From: Acaryochloris sp. CRU_2_0
GTDB lineage: Bacteria > Cyanobacteriota > Cyanobacteriia > Thermosynechococcales > Thermosynechococcaceae
Assembly: GCA_012034865.1 (NCBI GenBank)
Contig: JAAUOM010000045.1
Location: 1-24,000 of the forward strand
DNA length: 24,000 nt
Reading direction: 5' to 3'
Position 1 is the stretch's first letter; each line of letters begins with the position of its first letter. Positions 9,191-18,661 of the stretch are shown here, in pieces. Below the pieces are notes generated by a model. The model had not been told where the DNA came from. It did no database searches and worked only from the letters and a program-made list of their open reading frames with translations. The translations under genes and the position numbers were made by a program.

Positions 9191-10186
9191 ATGGACATGC
9201 AGCGATGGCTAGCTCGGCAGGAGCCACAGTGGCGACGATTAGAAGGGTTGCTGCAAAAAGCAGAAAAGAGTGGCCTCCAGAAACTAACGGGTCAAGAAGT
9301 ACAAGACCTGAGCGGTCTCTATCGGCTGGCAGCGGCGGATTTGGCACGGGCGCGGGCGCGGCAGGTGGGGCCGGGGGTTACTGAGCAATTAAAACAACTG
9401 ACGTTACGAGGCTATGCCCAGATTTATCAAGGGGGGCGACGACCTGTTTGGCGATCGATTGGGGAGTTTATTAGTTGGGGATTTCCCACGGTTGTCCAGC
9501 AGACGTGGTTGTTTACTGCTGCCGCAACTTTAATTTTTCTCATGGGCGGTGGAATTGGTTGGTGGTATACCTGGCGGGATCCAGTGTTTATGAATCTGGT
9601 TATTCCTCAGGGGATTATTGATTTAGTGCAAGAGGAAGGGAAGTTGTGGATGGGCTCAATCGTAGGCAGTGAGCCCTTGGCTTCCAGTAATATTATGCAA
9701 AATAATATGAGTGTTACCTTTTCTACCTTCGCCGGGGGAATTTTGGCTGGGGGTTTGACTCTCTATATTTTGTGGGTGAATGGGTTGCATATTGGTGCGA
9801 TCGCAACCCTAGTTGGTCAAAATAAATTAGCTTATCCCTTTTGGGCCTTTGTCTTTCCCCACGGAGCCTTGGAGTTACCTGCAATTTTTCTGGCGGGTGG
9901 GGCAGGGTTATTGCTGGCCAAAGCGGTGGTCTTTCCCGGACAATATCAACGGATGACAGCGCTGAAACTCTATGGTGCGCAGGCTATTCAGCTCATGTTT
10001 GGGGTTGTGCCCATGCTTGCGATCTCTGGGGGAATTGAAGGGTTTTTCTCTCCCTCTCTGGTGGTTCCTGCGCCCGTGAAATATTTGGTGGGCTTAAGTT
10101 TGTTGTGGGGGCTATTGCTGTATTGGCGGCGTCAACCCCGGCAGACTGCGATTCGTGGAGGGGATGGGGGGCAGAAAGGCGTCTAG
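9191..10186 (+). CDS. SpoIIM-family (DUF95) integral membrane protein
   Basis: 331-aa ORF. The N-terminal cytoplasmic helix region (WRRLEGLLQKAEKSGLQKLTGQEVQDLSGLYRLAAADLARARAR) followed by several TM segments is typical of the stage II sporulation protein M family. It starts 14 nt after the 2Fe-2S gene. Confidence 0.65.
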   Translation: MDMQRWLARQEPQWRRLEGLLQKAEKSGLQKLTGQEVQDLSGLYRLAAADLARARARQVGPGVTEQLKQLTLRGYAQIYQGGRRPVWRSIGEFISWGFPTVVQQTWLFTAAATLIFLMGGGIGWWYTWRDPVFMNLVIPQGIIDLVQEEGKLWMGSIVGSEPLASSNIMQNNMSVTFSTFAGGILAGGLTLYILWVNGLHIGAIATLVGQNKLAYPFWAFVFPHGALELPAIFLAGGAGLLLAKAVVFPGQYQRMTALKLYGAQAIQLMFGVVPMLAISGGIEGFFSPSLVVPAPVKYLVGLSLLWGLLLYWRRQPRQTAIRGGDGGQKGV

Positions 10187-10212
10187 TCGCACTCGTTGCG
10201 TTACCCTATGGA

Positions 10213-11436
10213 ATGAATAAACCTAAGTTCAAATCACCTTCTGCCACACCCATGACCCTGCGCTTGGCCGAGCTGGCCAGCCTCTTCCTCAAACTCGGAA
10301 TCATTGGGTTTGGTGGTCCTCCGGCTCATATTGCCATGGCCAATGATGAAGCCGTGCTCCAGCGTCAATGGCTTACGCCAGAACAATTTACGGAAGGACT
10401 AGCCATCTGTGAAATGCTGCCTGGCCCTGCTTCCACCCAGATGGGGATTTACATTGGCTATGTGCGGGCAGGTCAACTGGGAGCCTTGGTGTCGGGAGTT
10501 TGCTTTATTGCCCCGGCTTTTTTAATTGTAGTGGCCTTGTCTTGGGGGTATTTTCGCTTTCAGGGGCTACCCCAAATTCAGGATATTTTTCTGGGCATTG
10601 CTCCGATGGTAACGGCGATTATTTTGGCTTTTTGCTGGAAAATTGCCCAAAAAATGCTTAAGGATAGATGGCGGCTGGGAATTGCGATCGCCGTCTTACT
10701 CCTCACCACCACTACCTCGATCAACGTCTTTGTCCAATTCATCTTAGCGGGACTATTGGGGTGTTGGTGGTGTCGTCCTTCCAAAGAGAACCCACGGGGA
10801 TGGGTCGTGCCTCCTTTACCCTTATTACTAGCCAATCTACCCCCTGAAACCTTGACTCTCTCAAGCGTTTGGGGATTGGAGCGCATCGGTGAATTCCTGG
10901 TACCCTTAACCCTATTTTTCTTGAAGGTGGGAAGTTTTATCTTTGGCGGCGGCTTGGTGATTATTCCCTTGCTGGAATTTGAAGTGGTGGAACAGTTACA
11001 CTGGCTGACCCGAACTGAATTTATCAATGGGGTGGCCATTGGTCAACTCTCTCCCGGGCCCGTTGTCTTAACGGCAGCGTTTGTTGGTTATAAAGTAGCG
11101 GGCATTTTAGGAGCAACAGTCTCAACAATCGCAATTTTTGCCCCATCCTTTGCTTTCATTATGTTGGCTGCGCCGCTGCTGCTTAGGATCCGACAGAATC
11201 CTTGGATTCAGGCTTTTTTACAAGGGGTGACTCCGGCGGTTTTAGGTGCGATCTCAGCCGCCACGATCCCGCTCCTGCAAACGACATTCACCCAAGCCCA
11301 TGGATGGTCTGCAATCGCATCAGGACTGATTGGGGTCGCTGCTTTCGTCGCATTAATCCGCTATAAGCTACCGACTTGGCAATTAGTCCCCGTGGGTGCT
11401 GGCTTAGGCTTACTGATGGGGCTAATACCTATTTGA
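10213..11436 (+). CDS. chrA: Chromate transporter (CHR family), two-domain ChrA
   Basis: CHR motifs appear in both halves: FLKLGIIGFGGPPAHIAM...LPGPASTQ and FLKVGSFIFGGGLVIIPLL...LSPGPVV. The track ORF begins at 10105 and overlaps the upstream gene. ATG at 10213 (MNKPKF...) avoids the overlap and gives 407 aa. Confidence 0.85.
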   Translation: MNKPKFKSPSATPMTLRLAELASLFLKLGIIGFGGPPAHIAMANDEAVLQRQWLTPEQFTEGLAICEMLPGPASTQMGIYIGYVRAGQLGALVSGVCFIAPAFLIVVALSWGYFRFQGLPQIQDIFLGIAPMVTAIILAFCWKIAQKMLKDRWRLGIAIAVLLLTTTTSINVFVQFILAGLLGCWWCRPSKENPRGWVVPPLPLLLANLPPETLTLSSVWGLERIGEFLVPLTLFFLKVGSFIFGGGLVIIPLLEFEVVEQLHWLTRTEFINGVAIGQLSPGPVVLTAAFVGYKVAGILGATVSTIAIFAPSFAFIMLAAPLLLRIRQNPWIQAFLQGVTPAVLGAISAATIPLLQTTFTQAHGWSAIASGLIGVAAFVALIRYKLPTWQLVPVGAGLGLLMGLIPI

Positions 11437-11497
11437 GGGAGTGACTTGCTTTAGCTATGATCACAGTTGGTTTTATTCGTACCCTAGGCCATAAATA

Positions 11498-12196
11498 TTG
11501 GATATTTCGCTGCAGCGATTGCTACAGTTAGCCAGTCCTGCCCTCCCTGTAGGGGCTTATAGCTATTCAGAAAGCATTGAGTGGTTAGTTGATACGGGTA
11601 CTTTGCAAAATGAAATCCATCTTCAGGCATGGTTGCTGCAAGAGTTAACCTATGGGGCCATTCGGATGGAAACGGCAGTGATGGTGCGCGGCTATAGGGC
11701 AGTGCTTTATCAAAACCCGCAGGCGTTGCAGACCTGGAATACTTGGCTATCGGCGGCCAGAGACACAGAAGAGCTGAGATTACAAAGTTGGCAAATGGGG
11801 CGATCCCTACTGCGATTATGTTTAGATTTGCAGACTGCGGATGGGATTGCCATCGATCCAGCGCTGATCCAAAACTTGGATCAACTACAACAGTCGGGGT
11901 GTAATTTTGCGATCGCCTTTGCGATTACAGCCGCCCACTGGCAAATTCCCCTAGACTCAGCCGTTCTCGGTTATCTGCACAGTTGGGCCACCAATCTCAT
12001 TGGTGCAGGCGTCAAACTGATTCCTTTAGGGCAAACAACGGGCCAAAAACTGCTATTTCAGCTCCAGCCCCATTTAAAATCAGCCACTCAAGCCATTCTC
12101 ACCCTCCAAGACGAGGATCTCAATACTTGTGGGTGGGGATTGGCTTTGGCCAGTATGGGTCACGAAACCCAATACAGTCGCTTGTTCCGCAGCTAA
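11498..12196 (+). CDS. ureF: Urease accessory protein UreF
   Basis: 232-aa ORF with the UreF N-terminal signature [22 protein letters not shown]. It starts with TTG because no upstream in-frame ATG exists. Confidence 0.85.
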   Translation: MDISLQRLLQLASPALPVGAYSYSESIEWLVDTGTLQNEIHLQAWLLQELTYGAIRMETAVMVRGYRAVLYQNPQALQTWNTWLSAARDTEELRLQSWQMGRSLLRLCLDLQTADGIAIDPALIQNLDQLQQSGCNFAIAFAITAAHWQIPLDSAVLGYLHSWATNLIGAGVKLIPLGQTTGQKLLFQLQPHLKSATQAILTLQDEDLNTCGWGLALASMGHETQYSRLFRS

Positions 12197-12313
12197 ATCA
12201 TTCGAATATTCCTTGGACTCAGGACACACCCGCTCAGCACCTTGATAAGATACTGTCATTACCCCTAGCCCCAGAACGATCAACCCTTGCAATTGACTAG
12301 GACGCTAGTATCT

Positions 12314-12925
12314 ATGAATTCGCTACGAGTCGGGGTGGCAGGTCCTGTGGGATCTGGTAAAACAGCCTTAGTGGATGCCCTCTGCAAAGCCCTGCGCCAG
12401 GAGTACAATCTCGCCGTTGTCACCAACGACATTTATACCCAAGAAGATGCCCAGTTTCTAGTCCGCAGTCAGGCTCTAGAACAAGAGAGAATTCTGGGTG
12501 TAGAAACAGGTGGCTGTCCCCACACCGCTATTCGTGAAGATGCTTCCATTAACCTGATGGCCATTGAAGAGTTAGAACAACGCTTCAACCCCCTAGATAT
12601 TGTCTTCGTTGAAAGTGGTGGAGATAATTTAGCAGCTACCTTTAGTCCAGAACTGGTCGATCTGACAATCTACGTCATTGATGTGGCCGGGGGCGATAAA
12701 ATTCCCCGCAAAGGCGGACCGGGGATCACCAAATCAGATTTACTAGTCATCAACAAAATTGATCTGGCTCCCTATGTTGGTGCCAGTCTAGAGGTGATGG
12801 AACACGACACAAAACAAATGCGAGGCTCCAAGCCTTTTGTCATGACCAACTTAAAACAACTGGTGGGGCTACCCGCAGTCATCGATTTTGTCATCCAACA
12901 TATTCCGCCTACCCTTTCCGAATAA
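12314..12925 (+). CDS. ureG: Urease accessory GTPase UreG
   Basis: P-loop [14 protein letters not shown], then [26 protein letters not shown] and [11 protein letters not shown] at 12314 ([11 protein letters not shown]) is preferred over the track's TTG at 12287. Confidence 0.9.
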   Translation: MNSLRVGVAGPVGSGKTALVDALCKALRQEYNLAVVTNDIYTQEDAQFLVRSQALEQERILGVETGGCPHTAIREDASINLMAIEELEQRFNPLDIVFVESGGDNLAATFSPELVDLTIYVIDVAGGDKIPRKGGPGITKSDLLVINKIDLAPYVGASLEVMEHDTKQMRGSKPFVMTNLKQLVGLPAVIDFVIQHIPPTLSE

Positions 12926-13064
12926 AAGCAGCACTGAGCATTTTAAAGTTAAGTTCTCCAGAATTTAAGGTTGTGTTAACAAGTCTCTTGTCTACCTGAA
13001 ATCTTTGCCAGGAAGCTCATTTCGCGAATAAAAAAATTCTACTAAAGCTATAAAATATGTTTTT

Positions 13065-13108
13065 TGTATCGTGCATAACATTTTTTTGTTAAATCACATC
13101 CCTAATAT
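13065..13108 (+). promoter_or_regulatory. Candidate NtcA-activated promoter of the urt operon
   Basis: TGTA-tcgtgcat-AACA at 13065-13080 matches GTA-N8-TAC with one mismatch. About 22-23 nt downstream is TAATAT (13103-13108), which fits a TAN3T -10 box. It lies about 210 nt upstream of the urtA ATG. Urea transport operons are classical NtcA targets. Confidence 0.45.
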
Positions 13109-13316
13109 CTTCTTGGTGATGGTGAAACTGGACTTCTAAACTGTATTCCAAACAACTCAATGAATTGCTGGAAATAATAATAAGACAATTTCTGGATCAG
13201 TTGAGGATTCAAAGTCAGCCTAGTCGCTATCCACGCAATGGTATGTTTTGCCTTTGCTAAGGTTAACTATTGCTAAAAGTCATCAAGTTACTTTGTGTTG
13301 AGGAGTAAATCAGTTT

Positions 13317-14618
13317 ATGGCCAGAGGATTTGGTCGGCGCGAATTTCTAATCATGGGTTCCGTGACAACGGGAAGCCTTTTACTCAAAGCATGTACAAAC
13401 CCAGAAGGGCAATCCGATAGTGGTAATTCTAGTAGTTCTGCCTCAGGTGACACCATTAAAGTCGGCATCCTCCACTCTTTGAGTGGCACGATGGAAATCA
13501 GTGAGAAAACGGTCGTTGATGCAGAATTATTAGCCATTGAAGAAATCAATGCCAATGGAGGGGTGCTGGGTAAGCAAATCGAATTTGTCAAAGAAGATGG
13601 TGCATCAAACTGGGATACGTTCAAAGAGAAGGCTGAAAAATTAATTGACCAAGACAAGGTGGTTACAGTGTTTGGCTGTTGGACCTCTGCTAGTCGGCAG
13701 TCCGTCAAGGAAGTTTTTGAGTCCAAGAACCATATGCTCTGGTATCCCGTACAGTACGAAGGCCAAGAGTGTTCCAAGAATATTTTCTACACAGGAGCAA
13801 CCCCCAATCAGCAAATTGAGCCTGCTGTGACTTGGCTACTGAAGAATAAGGGTAAGAAATTCTTCTTAGTGGGTTCTAATTATGTTTTTCCCAAAACTGC
13901 AAATACCATTATTAAAGAACAGTTGAAGGCCGAAGGTGGAGAAACCATTGGCGAAGAGTATCTAGAGCTAGGGGATCAAGAGGTCACGCCCATTATTGCC
14001 AAGATTAAGGAAACGATGCCACAGGGGGGTGTGATCTTCAATACTCTCAATGGTGACAGTAATACCGCCTTTTTCAAACAAATGAAATCAGAAGGTTTGG
14101 GACCCGATAAGTATCCCATTTTGTCAGTTAGTGTAGCGGAAGAAGAGATTCGGCAAATTGGTCAAGAGTTTCTAGTGGGGCATTATGCTGCCTGGAATTA
14201 CTTCCAAACCGTCGATACACCTGCTAATAAAAAGTGGGTTGCTGATTTTAAGAAGAAATACGGCGATGACCGTGTTACCAGTGATCCCATGGAAGCTGCC
14301 TACATTATGGTGTATCTGTGGAAGCAAGCCGTTGAGAAGGCGAAAACTGCCGATGATCTTGACAAGGTACGGCAGGCTGCCATTGGCCAGACCTTTGATG
14401 CCCCTGAAGGCAAAGTGACGATGAATGGCAACCATCACCTCTCCAAGACCGTTCGCATTGGCCAAATTAACGATAAAGGTCAATTTGATGTTGTCTGGTC
14501 TACAGAGGGTCCCATTGATCCCATCCCCTGGAATCAATTTGTGCCAGCTACAAAGGGCTATGCCTGTGATTGGAGTGATCCCAAGAAGGGTGAAAAGTAC
14601 AAGCTTGAAGGAGCTTAA
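13317..14618 (+). CDS. urtA: Urea ABC transporter substrate-binding protein UrtA
   Basis: 433-aa ORF. The N-terminus has an RR motif and a Cys ([21 protein letters not shown]), suggesting an exported, possibly lipidated protein. The UrtA/amide-binding core begins [17 protein letters not shown]...[17 protein letters not shown]. Confidence 0.9.
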   Translation: MARGFGRREFLIMGSVTTGSLLLKACTNPEGQSDSGNSSSSASGDTIKVGILHSLSGTMEISEKTVVDAELLAIEEINANGGVLGKQIEFVKEDGASNWDTFKEKAEKLIDQDKVVTVFGCWTSASRQSVKEVFESKNHMLWYPVQYEGQECSKNIFYTGATPNQQIEPAVTWLLKNKGKKFFLVGSNYVFPKTANTIIKEQLKAEGGETIGEEYLELGDQEVTPIIAKIKETMPQGGVIFNTLNGDSNTAFFKQMKSEGLGPDKYPILSVSVAEEEIRQIGQEFLVGHYAAWNYFQTVDTPANKKWVADFKKKYGDDRVTSDPMEAAYIMVYLWKQAVEKAKTADDLDKVRQAAIGQTFDAPEGKVTMNGNHHLSKTVRIGQINDKGQFDVVWSTEGPIDPIPWNQFVPATKGYACDWSDPKKGEKYKLEGA

Positions 14619-14745
14619 GGAATCAACCCTACTTTGGCACTGCTCTGTTTCTTGTTGTCAAGGTTGTGGTGGTCAGGGCAATAGCATAAAACTTCCACAG
14701 TATTCATCTTTTAATATCAGTTCTTGATTCCTAGGAATTTGCTGT

Positions 14746-15957
14746 GTGGTTGCAAATGTATTAACGCTATTATTCAACGGTCTTAGTATTGCTTCTGTAC
14801 TACTGTTGGCAGCCTTGGGTCTGTCGATTGTCTTTGGTCTGATGGGTGTGATCAACTTGGCTCACGGTGAGCTGATCATGCTCGGAGCCTATACAACCTA
14901 TGTGGTTCAAGAAGGGATAGCACTATTGGGAAACCAATGGTCTAATGTTTACATTTTCTTGGCATTGCCTCTAGCGTTTATCGTGACAGCCCTTGTCGGG
15001 TGGGGCTTGGAGCAGGGAGTTGTACGTCATCTCTACGGTCGTCCTTTAGAAACCTTACTAGCGACTTGGGGAGTGAGTCTCATTCTGCGTCAATTGGTTC
15101 GCAGTGTGAGTTGGGGATTGCTGTTGGATATTGTCTGTTTTTTCTGTTTCTTTTTTGGAGGGCTGAGGTTGCTACAACCTCACTTGGTGAGTACAAGGCA
15201 GCGCTATTGGGCGAGATTGATCATCTTGGCCTTATCCGTAGGAATTACAAGCACCTTGGCTATTTTGCTCAGCAAATCGGATCAGCGCGCTCTAAGTGAT
15301 CCTTGGTTTGGATCTCGAAATCTGGCTGTTACAGCTCCAAAATGGTTGCAAGGGGGTTTGTCTGTGAAGGATCTACCCGTGCAAATGCTGAAGGAATGGC
15401 TGGAATCCATGGGTTTGGAAAATTTCCAGATCCCCAGTGGTCGCCTTTTTATCATTGCGCTTACAGGGCTGTGTATTGTGCTGATGTACTGGTTTTTGCA
15501 TCGGTCAAGTTGGGGGTTGCGCATCCGAGCGGTCACTCAAAACCGAGATATTAGTGCTTGTTTGGGGATTCCTACTCGGACAGTGGACTCGTTAACGTTT
15601 GCCCTCGGTTCAGGTTTAGCGGGGGTTGCTGGCTGTGCAATTACACTGATTGGTGCGACTGGCCCGAATATGGGGGGTGGTTATACGGTTGATGCATTCA
15701 TGGTGGTTGTGGTGGGTGGTGTTGGCAACATTATGGGGAGTATTGTGGCTGCGATCGCCATCGGCATGACCAACTACATCATTAGTGTTGGTACCCTGGT
15801 GCCTGTGTTTGCATCCGTTCCAGCTTTATCCAGCTTTTTGGAATTTTTTGCTACGCCAAGTATGGCCAAGGTCATTGTGTTTGGCTTGATTATTACCTTC
15901 TTACAAATTCGGCCAGCAGGCATCTTTCCTCCCAAAGGCCGTACCGCTGAAGTATAA
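14746..15957 (+). CDS. urtB: Urea ABC transporter permease UrtB
   Basis: 403-aa ORF with a GTG start. It is a branched-chain-type permease (LGLSIVFGLMGVINLAHGE) with a long internal loop insertion, and sits directly after urtA. Confidence 0.9.
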   Translation: MVANVLTLLFNGLSIASVLLLAALGLSIVFGLMGVINLAHGELIMLGAYTTYVVQEGIALLGNQWSNVYIFLALPLAFIVTALVGWGLEQGVVRHLYGRPLETLLATWGVSLILRQLVRSVSWGLLLDIVCFFCFFFGGLRLLQPHLVSTRQRYWARLIILALSVGITSTLAILLSKSDQRALSDPWFGSRNLAVTAPKWLQGGLSVKDLPVQMLKEWLESMGLENFQIPSGRLFIIALTGLCIVLMYWFLHRSSWGLRIRAVTQNRDISACLGIPTRTVDSLTFALGSGLAGVAGCAITLIGATGPNMGGGYTVDAFMVVVVGGVGNIMGSIVAAIAIGMTNYIISVGTLVPVFASVPALSSFLEFFATPSMAKVIVFGLIITFLQIRPAGIFPPKGRTAEV

Positions 15958-15987
15958 ACCAGCATCCCTCTGGGAACTCCACACCCT

Positions 15988-17150
15988 ATGACAAATCACG
16001 CCTCTGCATCCTATTTCCCAGCATCAATGAGAAAACTACTCATCCGAGAAATTGGGGTGGCCTTGATTCTGACGCTGATCGGTTCTGTGCTACTCCCGCT
16101 AGTGCTACCTACCTTTCGCCTTAAGTTTTTAGGGCGATTCTTAGCTTTAGCCATTGCAGCGTTAGGGATCGACCTGATTTGGGGCTACACGGGTCTGCTC
16201 AGTTTAGGTCATGGCATCTTTTTTGCCTTGGGGGGGTATGCCCTGGCGATGCATCTTAAGCTGCAACTTCCTGAAGGAGAATTGCCAAGCTTCATGGTCA
16301 ACTACGGGGTTGCCAAGCTGCCGTGGTTTTGGCAACCCTTCCACTCCTTCTCTTTTACGATGGTAGCTTTGTTTTTCATTCCAGCAATTGTCGCTGCTGT
16401 ATTGGGATACTTGGTCTTTCGCAACCGAATCCGTGGCGTCTATTTTTCCATCTTGACCCAGGCATGCCTACTGGTATTTTTCTTTTTCTTTAAAGGACCT
16501 ATTGAGTTATTTAACGGCACCAATGGACTCAAGACCGACAAAGACACCCTTTTTGGTGTCTTAGCCAGCTCTAACACAGCCCAATGGGTTTTCTACGAAC
16601 TCAGTATCCTCTGTTTGTTGGCTAGCTATGTACTCTGTCGATGGCTTACCAGTGGCCGATTTGGGCGCTTACTCCTGGCTATCCGAGACGATGAAAATCG
16701 GATGCGCTTCTCCGGTTATAATCCCACTGGATTTAAGGTGTTGGTATTTTCGGTTTCGGGTGCCTTGGCGGGAATTGGAGGTGCCCTCTACTCTGTTCAA
16801 ACAGGTATTATTACCCCCAGCGCCATGGAAGTACCCTTTTCGATTGAATGGTGATTTGGGTAGCGGTGGGAGGTCGAGGTACCCTCATTGGAGCCATCAT
16901 CGGCACAGTTCTAGTCAGTATTGCCCGCACGCTCTTGAGTGAGCAGTTCTCTGATATTTGGCTGTTTTTTCAGGGGGGACTGTTTTTGATTGTCGTTACG
17001 GCTTTACCCGATGGCTTGGTGGGCTGGCTACGGAATCAAGGCCCCGAACAAATCCGACTCCTTTTGGGTCGTCCACGGCAACTTATAACCTATCCCCGTT
17101 TGGCGGAAGATCCAGATGTAGAATATGAGCGACAAAATTTTAGAAATTGA
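15988..17150 (+). pseudogene. urtC: Urea ABC transporter permease UrtC, split by a 1-nt deletion at 16847-16848
   Basis: ORF 15988-16854 ends ...PFSIEW*. ORF 16848-17150, in a different frame, starts MVIWVAVGGRGTLIGA. The conserved permease sequence reads SIE-M-VIWVAVGGRG, which is restored if gaatgg was originally gaaatgg (AA to AAA). Confidence 0.85.
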
Positions 17151-17880
17151 GAATTTAACCGTTAATTTTGACGGATTTAAAGCCCTCAATCAGCTCAACT
17201 TCACCATGGCAACGGGTGAGTTGCGAGTCATTATTGGCCCGAATGGCGCGGGTAAAACTACCTTCCTGGATGTGATTACGGGCAAGGTGCAGCCAACAGA
17301 AGGCCAAGCTTTATTTAAGGGCAAGAATTTGCGATCGCGATCGGAACACCAAATTTCGCGATTAGGAATTGGTCGCAAATTTCAAACCCCTCGGGTTTAC
17401 TTAAAACTAACCCCCCGTGAAAACCTGGATCTATCCTGTAATCGACATAAAAATGTGTTTTCCACCCTCCTGAGTCGCCCCAGTAAACCAGAGCAACGCA
17501 CCGTTGCTGGTTTACTGGAAACCGTTGGTTTAACGCCGAAAGCTGACATCCCCGCTGAGTTACTCTCCCACGGTGAAAAACAACGCTTAGAAATTGGCAT
17601 GTTAGTGGCTCAAGCACCGGATTTACTGTTGGTGGATGAACCCGTCGCCGGCCTGACAGATGAAGAAACCCAAAACGTGGGCAATTTATTGTTAACCCTA
17701 GCAGAAAGCCACTCCATTATCGTCATTGAGCATGATATGGAGTTTGTCCGTCAAATTGCCCGACAAGTAACGGTTCTCCATCAAGGGGCTGTCCTTTATG
17801 AAGGCAGTATGGAGGAAGTACAGCAAAATCGCCAGGTCATCGAAGTTTACTTGGGTCAACCAGAGGACAATAATGGTTAA
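17125..17880 (+). CDS. urtD: Urea ABC transporter ATP-binding protein UrtD
   Basis: 251-aa ORF with Walker A GPNGAGKTT, the ABC signature LSHGEKQRLEI and Walker B LLLVDEP. It overlaps the end of urtC by 26 nt. Confidence 0.9.
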   Translation: MSDKILEIENLTVNFDGFKALNQLNFTMATGELRVIIGPNGAGKTTFLDVITGKVQPTEGQALFKGKNLRSRSEHQISRLGIGRKFQTPRVYLKLTPRENLDLSCNRHKNVFSTLLSRPSKPEQRTVAGLLETVGLTPKADIPAELLSHGEKQRLEIGMLVAQAPDLLLVDEPVAGLTDEETQNVGNLLLTLAESHSIIVIEHDMEFVRQIARQVTVLHQGAVLYEGSMEEVQQNRQVIEVYLGQPEDNNG

Positions 17881-18613
17881 TCCCGTCCCCACTCCCTTGC
17901 CCATTACACCCCTGCTGGATATTACCAGCCTTAACGTCTACTATGGCGAAAGCCATATCCTCCGGAATGTGGATTTGAGTGTAGAGCCAGGGAAGATGGT
18001 CTGCTTAATTGGTCGCAATGGTGTCGGTAAAACAACTTTGCTCAAAACCATTTTGGGTCTATTGCAACCGCGCACAGGCAACATGCAGCTCTCGGGCACT
18101 TCCCTACTCAATAAAAGGCCCGACCAACGAGCGCGGCTGGGGATTGGCTATGTCCCCCAAGGGCGCGAAATTATTTCAAAACTCACCATTCAAGAAAATC
18201 TGATTTTGGGCTTAGAAGCCCGTCCTCAGGGCAGGGGCAAGAACCCAACCATTCCCGAGCAAATTTTTCAATTATTCCCCGCTTTGCAGAGTATGCTGGG
18301 GCGGATGGGCGGCGACTTAAGCGGGGGGCAACAGCAACAACTCGCTATTGCCAGGGCACTCATGGGTAATCCGCGCCTATTGGTTCTAGATGAACCCACG
18401 GAAGGCATCCAGCCTTCTATTATTTTAGAAATTGAAGCTGCTGTTCGCCGCATTGTCGAAACGACAGGGGTATCGGTCTTGCTCGTTGAGCAGCATCTCC
18501 ACTTCGTCCGGCAAGCAGACTGGTACTATGCCATGCAAAAAGGTGGTATCGTTGCGTCTGGATCAACGGATGAGCTGAGCAAACAAGTGATTCAAGAATT
18601 TCTAGCAGTGTGA
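17873..18613 (+). CDS. urtE: Urea ABC transporter ATP-binding protein UrtE
   Basis: Walker A GRNGVGKTT, signature LSGGQQQQLAIA and Walker B LLVLDEP. ATG at 17873 overlaps the urtD stop (ATGGTTAA). The track ORF start at 17798 lies inside urtD. Confidence 0.9.
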   Translation: MVNPVPTPLPITPLLDITSLNVYYGESHILRNVDLSVEPGKMVCLIGRNGVGKTTLLKTILGLLQPRTGNMQLSGTSLLNKRPDQRARLGIGYVPQGREIISKLTIQENLILGLEARPQGRGKNPTIPEQIFQLFPALQSMLGRMGGDLSGGQQQQLAIARALMGNPRLLVLDEPTEGIQPSIILEIEAAVRRIVETTGVSVLLVEQHLHFVRQADWYYAMQKGGIVASGSTDELSKQVIQEFLAV

Positions 18614-18661
18614 AGATGAAGATAGGGAAGAATTTCTAGCCTGATCTTACTAAAGAATTTG

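Noticed and set aside
10105-10212. Upstream extension of chrA overlapping the SpoIIM-family gene by 82 nt
   Set aside because: The extension (MGAIAVLAASTPADCDSW...) is the alternate-frame reading of the upstream gene's 3' end. The ATG at 10213 gives a normal ChrA N-terminus.
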